Source: a virus
DNA length: 64,000 nt
Direction: 5' to 3' (one strand)
Virus record (IMG/VR): IMGVR_UViG_3300029906_000002
Span: 76,507-140,506 of that record
Shown here: in pieces, positions 56,361 to 64,000 of the stretch
Layout of the letters: each line of letters starts with the position of its first letter
How positions within the stretch are numbered: position 1 is the stretch's first letter
The notes under the pieces: generated by a model
What the model saw: only the letters and a program-made list of their open reading frames with translations
Database searches by the model: none
What the model was told of the DNA's origin: nothing
Position numbers and translations under genes: made by a program

Positions 56361-57021
56361 CATCAGACGAATCTTTATAGTCTACGATGAGGTGCACCTC
56401 GTATTTGGCGCAGGCATCAAGCCTTGTTTGGAGATAAGCGACCGTGTAGCCAGGAAATTTGGTTATAATCTGGAAACTGAGGAAGACCGAAAGAGTGTAA
56501 TACTTGACATGTACAAGAACGGTTGCTTGCCCAAGTACATCTACACTGAATTGACAGCTTGCATGAACGGAAAGGATCGGGAATTTAGTATCAAGAAAGA
56601 TATTGAATTCTTGTATACTGTCGCCAAGAAAGTTTATGACATCGCTAATATCAGAGTAGATAACTTCATTGAGAAGTACATAGACTTCAGATTTAGATAT
56701 GATTCCTTGGAAAGAAGTTGGATATCTGTGAATGATGCGTTTACCATACAACGAAAAGGTAAAGAAACAGACAATAAATTTTACAGAATTATTTGTCATG
56801 TTTCAAGCGAACATATTATGGATAGCGACAAAAAGCTGTTCAAGTATGTGTATGACATGCTTGATAACCATTATGACATGATAACCAACGGCTTTCCTGA
56901 TGGTAATGACAATATCGAGATTGGTTGTCCATGGGAATTCGAGGAAGCTTTCAAGATGTTGTCTACAAACGATCCGCTTTATTGGAACATAGAACTTTGC
57001 GTATCCTTTCAATTTAAATAG
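56344..57021 (+). CDS. Hypothetical protein
   Basis: 225 aa, overlaps upstream stop. Confidence 0.7.
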   Translation: MIKGINIRRIFIVYDEVHLVFGAGIKPCLEISDRVARKFGYNLETEEDRKSVILDMYKNGCLPKYIYTELTACMNGKDREFSIKKDIEFLYTVAKKVYDIANIRVDNFIEKYIDFRFRYDSLERSWISVNDAFTIQRKGKETDNKFYRIICHVSSEHIMDSDKKLFKYVYDMLDNHYDMITNGFPDGNDNIEIGCPWEFEEAFKMLSTNDPLYWNIELCVSFQFK

Positions 57022-57081
57022 TAACCCTTAAAACCGAAAGAAAGTATGGAACAAATAAGCGTTGTCTATAACGATGTTGAA

Positions 57082-58347
57082 TACACATTGTATTTATATA
57101 AACAATTAAATTATATAGTAAAGTATTTGATATATATAGAATATTTTCTATTTTTGTAAAAAGAATTAGAAAATGAATAAGGCTTTCAAATACAGGATAT
57201 ATCCGAATAAGTCTCAGAAAGAACTTCTTTCTAAGACGTTCGGATGTGTGCGTGCAATTTGGAATGTCAATGTCGAATCATTCAATTCTTATGATAAAGA
57301 AAGTAATTATAAACCTAAAATTATTACCAAATCCGATTTAGTAGCCGATAAGCCCTGGTTAGACGAAGTATCGGCTGCTGCCATACAACAGAAGATAAGA
57401 GATTTTCAAGAAGCTACAAAACAGTTCTTTTCAAAAACAAGAAAGAAGAAAATAAATAGACCGACATTTAAGAAGAAGTCCAATAATCAGTCTTACAGAT
57501 TGCCCAATCAGAAGTTTTCATTAAAAGGTAATAAAATAAGATTGGAAAAAATTGGATGGATAAATATGTCTATTGATAGAAATATTCCTGACAATTCAAA
57601 AATGTTGTCTTGTACAATATCAATGAATTGTTGCGGTCAGTATTTCGTTTCAGTATTGGTTGATACGGAAATTAGCCATAAGGCAAAAACGAATAAATCG
57701 GTTGGAATAGATTTAGGATTAAAATCGTTTGCTACGTTATCTGATGGTATAATTATTGATAACATAAAGTTTTTCAAAGAGAAACAATTTGAAATAGCTA
57801 AAATACAGAGACATTTAAGTAGAAAAATAAAAGGTAGTAATAGATATAAAAAGAACAAACTTAGAATAGCAAGATTACATAACAAGATTGCTAATAAGAG
57901 AAATTACTTCCTTCATAATATAACTACATCATTAGTAAATAATTATGACATTATTTGCATAGAAGACTTAAATGTTTCTGGTATGTTATCTAACCATAAA
58001 CTATCAAAAGCTATATCTGATACAAGTTTTTATCAATTCAGGTCCATGTTAGAATACAAGTGTAAATGGTACGGGAAAGAACTTGTTGCGATAGATAGGT
58101 TTTATCCTTCATCAAAAACATGTTCTAATTGTGGATGGAAGAAAGATGACTTAACTTTATCTGATAGAGTTTTTAGATGCGATAATTGTCATATTCAGAT
58201 TGATAGAGATTTGAATGCTGCAATAAACATAAAGAGGGTGGGAGTTGATACCCTCTATAATCGGATACAGAGGGATGAGGTTGCGAATCTCGTTGAAGTG
58301 TCTAAAATTGAATAGTAATTTCTATATTTTACTATAAAATTTACAAC
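57082..58347 (+). mobile_element. Non-autonomous tnpB-only IS (IS200/IS605 or IS607 type)
   Basis: AT-rich; ends inferred from restored ORF (2-nt TA ambiguity); TTGAA at left junction; imperfect subterminal inverted similarity TAAATTATATAGTAAAGTAT vs rc TAAATTTTATAGTAAAATAT; no tnpA in window. Confidence 0.75.
57173..58315 (+). CDS. tnpB: RNA-guided endonuclease TnpB
   Basis: KAFKYRIYP HTH start; RuvC GIDLG, IEDLNV, DRDLNAAINI; Zn finger CSNCG...CDNC. Confidence 0.95.
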   Translation: MNKAFKYRIYPNKSQKELLSKTFGCVRAIWNVNVESFNSYDKESNYKPKIITKSDLVADKPWLDEVSAAAIQQKIRDFQEATKQFFSKTRKKKINRPTFKKKSNNQSYRLPNQKFSLKGNKIRLEKIGWINMSIDRNIPDNSKMLSCTISMNCCGQYFVSVLVDTEISHKAKTNKSVGIDLGLKSFATLSDGIIIDNIKFFKEKQFEIAKIQRHLSRKIKGSNRYKKNKLRIARLHNKIANKRNYFLHNITTSLVNNYDIICIEDLNVSGMLSNHKLSKAISDTSFYQFRSMLEYKCKWYGKELVAIDRFYPSSKTCSNCGWKKDDLTLSDRVFRCDNCHIQIDRDLNAAINIKRVGVDTLYNRIQRDEVANLVEVSKIE

Positions 58348-58613
58348 TATAATGTGTTTATCAACGGCAAGATTACTCCTTGCGCGATAGCTGTACTGAA
58401 TGAAAATGAATCTTCAGTCAAAGTCAAGCAAATAGCGAGTACTACCATCAAGGAGCTGTCAAATGCAGTAAAGAAGGAAGCCAAGCAGGCAAGAATAAAG
58501 TATCTAATGCTTAACGACAAAACGACAGAAGAAGCCTCATCGTTGCTAAGCAAGGAGAGCAAACTGAAAGAAGTTATTGATTCATTGTCTTACTGTAAAA
58601 CGGTTATTGTGGT

Positions 58614-58961
58614 ATGATAGACTTATTTAGCGATTTGACATCCATCAGCAACTTTGCCAACGACAGGAGCAAAAGCAACAACTTAATAGCCAACTGGTTG
58701 TTCGTATTGAATATCATCATGTTGATTGTCTATGTTCTTGTTGCTGTCTTTAATGATGGTACACATATTATTGTTACTGTTTCATCTATTTGCGTGTCCC
58801 TGTGCGGTATCTTGTTTGGCTTCTACATGAAAGCCGAAGCAAAGAGTTATAAGTTCATCAGGGATGCTGCAAATGAATTATTGTTTAACATTTTAAGAAA
58901 AGAAAATGAAGAAAGAGAAAACAAAGAAAGGGAATCTGTTCTTCACGCTGAAAGGCGTTGA
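58614..58961 (+). CDS. Two-TM membrane protein
   Basis: Two hydrophobic helices then charged tail. Confidence 0.7.
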   Translation: MIDLFSDLTSISNFANDRSKSNNLIANWLFVLNIIMLIVYVLVAVFNDGTHIIVTVSSICVSLCGILFGFYMKAEAKSYKFIRDAANELLFNILRKENEERENKERESVLHAERR

Positions 58962-59253
58962 GTTGAAACGGATGGGCATGGGAGCCTGCATGAATGACGG
59001 AGGTCCCCATGAATTGATTTGTGCGGATTGCAATGGCCTCATCCAAGACGATGAGGACTGCTATTTCGTGCCGGTTATGAATGAGGTGTACTGCAAGGAC
59101 TGCAAGGAGGAGATTGAGAGTTTCAACCATTACAAAGAAGATGAAGAGTATGAAGCCAGATCTGCCGAACGCTTCCAGGAAGCCTACGAGTGTACAATCG
59201 AGAATGGTATTGATTTAACCAATAAAAAGAACATCTTTATTACTGAGTTTTGA
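58906..59253 (+). CDS. Zn-finger protein
   Basis: CADC...CKDC. Confidence 0.7.
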   Translation: MKKEKTKKGNLFFTLKGVELKRMGMGACMNDGGPHELICADCNGLIQDDEDCYFVPVMNEVYCKDCKEEIESFNHYKEDEEYEARSAERFQEAYECTIENGIDLTNKKNIFITEF

Positions 59254-59882
59254 TGAAAAGGCTTGAAAGAAGGTTGTGCGCGTTTAGTCGTAGCGTGTAC
59301 ATGAGTATGAATTTTCACGAACCTAAGATTGTTATTCCTAAAATTTCTGTTCTACCCAAAGAGGCTGATAACAACGGTAGTATTGAGGAAAGGAAGAAGA
59401 TCATCATGGATATCTATGAGGATTCTGAACTTCCTTTTACCAAGGATGCCATCGAGAATGGTAATGTGGTTGGGAAAAAGGAATACATCCGTATACTTGG
59501 TCACATGGTTGCAAACGCCTACAAGAAAGGCAATGTAGAAATTGTAGACGGAGCATCGGATAAGGAAGTGAACTACAAGTATGGAAGCTTCGTGATTCAT
59601 TTTGGGAAAAAGAAAAGAAAGAAGATGGATGTGGATATCTTCTTCGACACCAAGAGCATGACCTGTAGTATTTTCATTTCTGTGAACGTCAAGTGCATGA
59701 TGAAGAGCGACGAATGGTTCATGAACAAACTTATCAAGGGTATTGGACGGAGTGCGGACATCTTCCGCAACGGTGATGTGTATGGCCGGTTCAAAGACGA
59801 TGAAGCCTCCGTATTGCTCCACATGGCAAGCAATGCCCTGTGTAACGGGGATTGTACGCCTATCATAGAATTCAAGTTTTGA
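59250..59882 (+). CDS. Hypothetical protein
   Basis: 210 aa, overlaps upstream stop. Confidence 0.7.
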   Translation: MMKRLERRLCAFSRSVYMSMNFHEPKIVIPKISVLPKEADNNGSIEERKKIIMDIYEDSELPFTKDAIENGNVVGKKEYIRILGHMVANAYKKGNVEIVDGASDKEVNYKYGSFVIHFGKKKRKKMDVDIFFDTKSMTCSIFISVNVKCMMKSDEWFMNKLIKGIGRSADIFRNGDVYGRFKDDEASVLLHMASNALCNGDCTPIIEFKF

Positions 59883-59917
59883 TCAATTATTAATCAATTA
59901 ATTAAATCGTCAACAAC

Positions 59918-60220
59918 ATGGAAAAGAAGTTTTTTGTACGTGGTGCCGATAGTGGCATTTACTATGGTGAGATCGTAAGACGCGACGACCGTGAAACCGA
60001 GATGGAGAATGCGTATTATGTCAAATCCCTGACAAGTGTGGATATGCTGTACCACCTTGCCATGAAGGGTTTTCCCGAACCCAGCTTTGACAAGCCCGTT
60101 GAGGACATTAGGCTGACGGATACGCCATTCAGAACAATCATCACCGATACCTGCGAGATCCTTTGCGTGACCGATGAGGCCAGGGAAAGTATCGAGAAGG
60201 AAATGCCCTGGCTGAAATGA
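59918..60220 (+). CDS. DUF6948-like conserved phage protein
   Basis: FFVRGADSGIYYGEI...ENA...LA..G pattern. Confidence 0.55.
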   Translation: MEKKFFVRGADSGIYYGEIVRRDDRETEMENAYYVKSLTSVDMLYHLAMKGFPEPSFDKPVEDIRLTDTPFRTIITDTCEILCVTDEARESIEKEMPWLK

Positions 60221-60954
60221 GAATGTACGACATGGATTTCAAGGAGTTCCGCAAAGCGGCCCTTGAATGGAGTAGCAATGGAAGCGATGAGTATTTCAAG
60301 AATGGTTTTCGCAAGTATAGATCTAAGTATTATCCAAACTGGGTTTACTATTGGAGTTACTTGAAAGCAGGCGTGAAAACTGCGTTCATTCCAAAATGTG
60401 AGATAAGGTGCTTCTCAAGGTCAAAGGATATTGTTGCGCCAATAAGGACAGAATTGGATTATTGTCCTAAGTTTCTTAACGGAGGCACACGTGTGTCTAT
60501 AGATTATATAACAACCTATATCACAGAGATACACGGTGACTTTGCCAAGGGGTTCACTACCCAGATGGGTCTTGATTCCAATATGGAGTGCTGGGTATGC
60601 AGAAGGAAAATTCCCGGCTCCGACAAGTACCTGTACGCTCACGGAAGTACGATACGTGAAGCTTTCAAAAGTCTTGCCGAGAAGTTTGACAGGCATAGTC
60701 CTCTTGAGGAAAGAATCAAAAAGTTCAAGGCTACCTTTCCTGACCTTAATATCAAATACAAGGCTTCTGACCTGTATTACTGGCACGGTGTTGTGACGGG
60801 CAGCTGCAAGTTTGGACGGAATCACTTTTGTGAGGAAAACGGCATAGACGTGTCCAAGGATGAGTTCACGTTGAGGGAGTTCTTTGACCTTGTGTTGAAG
60901 AATTACAACTACGGGAACGATAGTATCAAGGAGCTGAGGGATACATACCGTTAA
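60217..60954 (+). CDS. Conserved Bacteroidetes-phage hypothetical protein
   Basis: YAHGSTIREAFKSL.EK...WH..VTGSCKFGR..F...GID motif. Confidence 0.7.
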   Translation: MRMYDMDFKEFRKAALEWSSNGSDEYFKNGFRKYRSKYYPNWVYYWSYLKAGVKTAFIPKCEIRCFSRSKDIVAPIRTELDYCPKFLNGGTRVSIDYITTYITEIHGDFAKGFTTQMGLDSNMECWVCRRKIPGSDKYLYAHGSTIREAFKSLAEKFDRHSPLEERIKKFKATFPDLNIKYKASDLYYWHGVVTGSCKFGRNHFCEENGIDVSKDEFTLREFFDLVLKNYNYGNDSIKELRDTYR

Positions 60955-61025
60955 GAACGGAAATGCCTTGTTGGTTTTTGACGGTTTTTAGTTAACTTCG
61001 CTGCCATTAACAATATGACAACGCA

Positions 61026-61883
61026 ATGGGGCTGAGACCGTTAAAGATCAACAAGGAGTTGACCATCAGGGATTCAAGGGCGGTGGATTTGTATTTCCAG
61101 GAGATCAATAAGATACCGGTGCTTACACCGGATGAGGAAGCTGAGCTTTGCCAAGACCTGCATTCCGAGGATGAAACCAGGAGGCTGCACGCACGTGACG
61201 AGCTTGTAAGACACAACCTTAAGTTCGTTATCAGTGTAGCCAAGAGGTACCAGTCCCTCGGTTACAGGCTTGGCGATCTGATAGCCATTGGCAATATCGG
61301 CCTCATACGGGCTGCTGAGAAGTTCGACCCTACCAAGGGTTTCAAGTTTATCAGTTACGCCGTATGGTGGATACGCCAACAGATTATGAGCGAAGTTGGC
61401 TTTCGTGTGAATGGCGTGAAGCTGCCCAGCAACCGCGTTACCATTATGTACAAGATCTCTAAGTTCAGGGAAAAATTCTACAAGGAAAACGACCGTGAAC
61501 CCTTCCTTGCTGAGATTGCCGACGAGTTCGGTATCACAGAAGACCTTGCGTCTGACATCATAGGAGCCTCAACGGACATGTCCAGTCTCAATGAGCTTGC
61601 CTTTGATGACAACGACGGCAAAGAGATTGTCGACAACCTTGCCGACAACTCGGATTTTGGAGAGGACATAGCCAACTTGGATTCCGTATCCAAGGAGGTG
61701 AAGAAGATCCTCTCGGTGCTCACACCCAAGCAACGCCTTGTTGTAGGGTACTATTTCGGACTTGGTGGGAAAACGCTTGACGCCCATCAAATAGCCGAAG
61801 CCACAGGATTGCGCCTGCAAGATGTCAAGAAGAGCTTGCAGGAAGCTATCGACAAAATGAAAAAGGTCGGGCAAAAACTTTAA
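61026..61883 (+). CDS. rpoD: Sigma-70 factor resembling the Bacteroidetes primary sigma
   Basis: LYFQEI..IPVL, NLKFVISVAKRY, GNIGLIRAAEKFDPTKGFKFISYAVWWIRQ, region-4 HTH; no region 1.1. Confidence 0.92.
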   Translation: MGLRPLKINKELTIRDSRAVDLYFQEINKIPVLTPDEEAELCQDLHSEDETRRLHARDELVRHNLKFVISVAKRYQSLGYRLGDLIAIGNIGLIRAAEKFDPTKGFKFISYAVWWIRQQIMSEVGFRVNGVKLPSNRVTIMYKISKFREKFYKENDREPFLAEIADEFGITEDLASDIIGASTDMSSLNELAFDDNDGKEIVDNLADNSDFGEDIANLDSVSKEVKKILSVLTPKQRLVVGYYFGLGGKTLDAHQIAEATGLRLQDVKKSLQEAIDKMKKVGQKL

Positions 61884-61895
61884 TAACAAACTATT

Positions 61896-62417
61896 ATGTA
61901 CGTTTTAGCAACAACTGACATTACATTTGATTGTGCCGTAGAATTCCTCAAAAATCTCGACAAGTCCATCAAATTCAACTACAACAAAAGCGAGAAGCTG
62001 CGTGTGAACATCTCCAGCAGCAAGGAGTGGATCATGAATATGTGCGATGCCGTGAATGCTTCCAATGAGGCTATTCATAATCGTGCCGTGCTTGAAGAGA
62101 ACAAGAGATATGAATATGTCAAGTCGCTCTGTAGCAAGGTATCCAAGAACGTAAGCGTGGCAAGCGACACGCGCGAGAAGATGGAAAATATGGTTCGCCA
62201 GATTCGCACGCTTGACACCAGTGACGCCATCAACCTGCTGCTTGCCCATGGTTTCAATATCGGCAAGGACGGCAAGCTCGTTGGCAATGGAGAGAATGTG
62301 GCGAGCGAGATGCTTGGCATTGAAAAGCCTGAGAAAAAGGACGATACACAGGTCTGCATTGAGAGCGACCTTTCAGCCCCTTCAGTTGACAGCGAAGATA
62401 TAAAGGTGCTTGGATAG
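61896..62417 (+). CDS. Hypothetical protein
   Basis: 173 aa. Confidence 0.7.
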   Translation: MYVLATTDITFDCAVEFLKNLDKSIKFNYNKSEKLRVNISSSKEWIMNMCDAVNASNEAIHNRAVLEENKRYEYVKSLCSKVSKNVSVASDTREKMENMVRQIRTLDTSDAINLLLAHGFNIGKDGKLVGNGENVASEMLGIEKPEKKDDTQVCIESDLSAPSVDSEDIKVLG

Positions 62418-62495
62418 CGGATAAAATGTGAAAATAGCGGAGAAGTCTGTGTTATAACGGATTTTTCCGCTATATTCGCCCGAAAAACAATACCA

Positions 62496-63368
62496 ATGAG
62501 ATTACCTTATAGTAATAAGGAGATAGCCACTATTCTCCAGAAGAACAAATGGCGGTTGCCCGACCATTGCATATACTATTTCTCCACGTCGTCAGTAGTA
62601 GGTTTGAAAAAGAACCTGTTTCCTGATGATGCGGTCACTCCGTTCCATGCCTGCGAGTTCACCTTCCGTTCGGCAAGGCATTGCCGTGCTTTGTTGTCCT
62701 ACGCGCAAGCCAAACATATCGAGCGTAAAGGATGGGGCGATGGCGGGCTGACTTTGGACATGATTGAGAACGATCGCATCATGAAGAGTATCATGCAAGA
62801 GGACCGTCCCAATGGCGCGATGTCCATTGCTCGTCCGTTCATCACGGGATTACCTGAATGCTGGGTGGATATCATCCGACTGATTACTTACCGTTACAAG
62901 TTCTCAAACCGGGAGATGTCCAAGCTGCTGCTTTCTACAGAAGGGTCGTTCCTGTGCTATGCGCATATCAACGACAAGGTGGAAGGCATCTATCGCACGC
63001 CCGCCCAAATGGCCGGAGTGACGAATGTAGGTGAATGGCGTGGCGAGAACCGTGCCGGGAGGACATTGATGATGGTGCGTGACGAGTTATCAAACATTCC
63101 CTTCCATAATGTCATCCCTTCGGACGGAAGACCAGTAAAAATCCTTATCCGCCTGTTTGACGACATGTTGTTCACTTTGTTCTTGGATACAGTGATGAAC
63201 ATGATGCGTATTAGCGAGGGTTGTATCGACTTCAATGAGAAGGAGGACGACCTTATCACCATGCTCTATTTCATCGATCGTGACAAGCGTAAACAGCATA
63301 GGGTTACTTCGCTCATCAAGGCGTTGTCGCTGTATCCCGGACTTGAGGTTATTCATTGGGAAGACTAA
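62496..63368 (+). CDS. Hypothetical protein
   Basis: 290 aa, promoter-like TATATTCG upstream. Confidence 0.7.
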   Translation: MRLPYSNKEIATILQKNKWRLPDHCIYYFSTSSVVGLKKNLFPDDAVTPFHACEFTFRSARHCRALLSYAQAKHIERKGWGDGGLTLDMIENDRIMKSIMQEDRPNGAMSIARPFITGLPECWVDIIRLITYRYKFSNREMSKLLLSTEGSFLCYAHINDKVEGIYRTPAQMAGVTNVGEWRGENRAGRTLMMVRDELSNIPFHNVIPSDGRPVKILIRLFDDMLFTLFLDTVMNMMRISEGCIDFNEKEDDLITMLYFIDRDKRKQHRVTSLIKALSLYPGLEVIHWED

Positions 63369-63383
63369 AATTATTTTGAAGCT

Positions 63384-64000
63384 ATGGATAGAAGAAACAT
63401 CAAAATTGAAAGCCTGAAAGACATGCTTTACAAGGCTGTGTTGGTCAAGAACGATAAGACCTGCACAAATAGCTTCTTGGACGAACTGTATGACAAGGAC
63501 CCCGACGACTTCCTGAAAGCTGCTCTTGTCATGTGTTCCTATTCCAAGCGCAACGTGGGCTACCGAACGAAAGAAGGCACCGAGCTGAACGACGTGAAAG
63601 GCTTGCGCTGCTTGTCATACGGCTTACCCATGCTGCATTGCGTGCTCCGCAAGAATCCCGAAAAGATCTACAAGAACCTGTCGCTCATCGGCGTGATGTT
63701 CGGTGGATGGAGCACGGTGTTCAAGCTGTGGGAGTATTGCATCATCAGTGCTAAGTTCAACATGGACAAGCTGGATATCAGTCAGAGACAAGTGGCTATT
63801 GCCATCCAGCCCGCTTGTTCGGACATGATCACAGGACCCGACTTCTGCAAGGCTCTGCCCATCATACGCAACCTGAACAAGGTACGGACAAAGCATAACA
63901 GAGCCTGGAGAATGGTAGGCATGTACATGCGTTACACACTCATCCCCGGCGATAAGTTTAAGAAACGCCGCATGAGGATGTATCAGGACATCAGAAAGAT
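63384..64000 (+). CDS. Partial ORF, weakly DUF2828/TROVE-like (runs off window end)
   Basis: Open from ATG 63384 to end; DKDPDDFLKAAL and LRKNPEKIYKNLSLIGVMFGGW resemble that family's N-terminus. Confidence 0.55.
   Translation, partial: MDRRNIKIESLKDMLYKAVLVKNDKTCTNSFLDELYDKDPDDFLKAALVMCSYSKRNVGYRTKEGTELNDVKGLRCLSYGLPMLHCVLRKNPEKIYKNLSLIGVMFGGWSTVFKLWEYCIISAKFNMDKLDISQRQVAIAIQPACSDMITGPDFCKALPIIRNLNKVRTKHNRAWRMVGMYMRYTLIPGDKFKKRRMRMYQDIRK

Larger units (their letters stand above)
57046..58617 (+). pseudogene. Gene interrupted by the TnpB element
   Basis: ATG 57046 MEQISVVYNDVE joins in frame to YNVFINGKITP...VIVV* (58348-58617) when 57082-58347 is removed. Confidence 0.7.

Noticed and set aside
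57082-58347. TnpB element as a self-splicing IStron
   Set aside because: Only ~90 nt precede tnpB, too short for a group I core, and the right end lacks a terminal G
1-64000. Stop-codon reassignment as in some crAss-like phages
   Set aside because: MCP, portal, TerL, fibres and early genes are full length under code 11
1-64000. tRNA genes
   Set aside because: No TTCRA T-loop with a matching cloverleaf seen by eye; tRNAscan would be decisive

Overview
64 kb of a large crAss-like (Crassvirales-type) phage of a Bacteroidales host, read in the standard code. 1-44.2 kb is mainly minus-strand: major capsid protein, probable scaffold, tail/fibre genes, portal, TerL, probable internal virion proteins, several lysis genes, a GroES-like gene and an Hc1-like protein (GroEL and a few others are on plus). 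A strand switch at 44.3-47.6 kb holds nested inverted repeats, a wHTH gene, palindromes and 17-bp repeats (candidate origin/terminus). 46.5-64 kb is a plus-strand early/middle region with a TnpB insertion and an RpoD-like sigma. Top signals: (1) four small AT-rich genes with a basic M-R(R/K)R-like leader followed by a G9/G10 tract, two in frame (ON) and two restored by exactly one extra G (OFF); the adjacent DGR-target-like gene has the same leader with non-slippery Gly codons. This looks like a combinatorial phase-variation system for host-range/surface proteins. (2) Two tandem candidate ncRNAs at 50.5-51.3 kb, each with a Bacteroidetes promoter motif and terminator, rich in G-U pairs (GUGA tetraloops in the second). 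(3) A TnpB element whose exact removal rebuilds an intact gene. Family assignments are by eye from remembered motifs; no searches were run.
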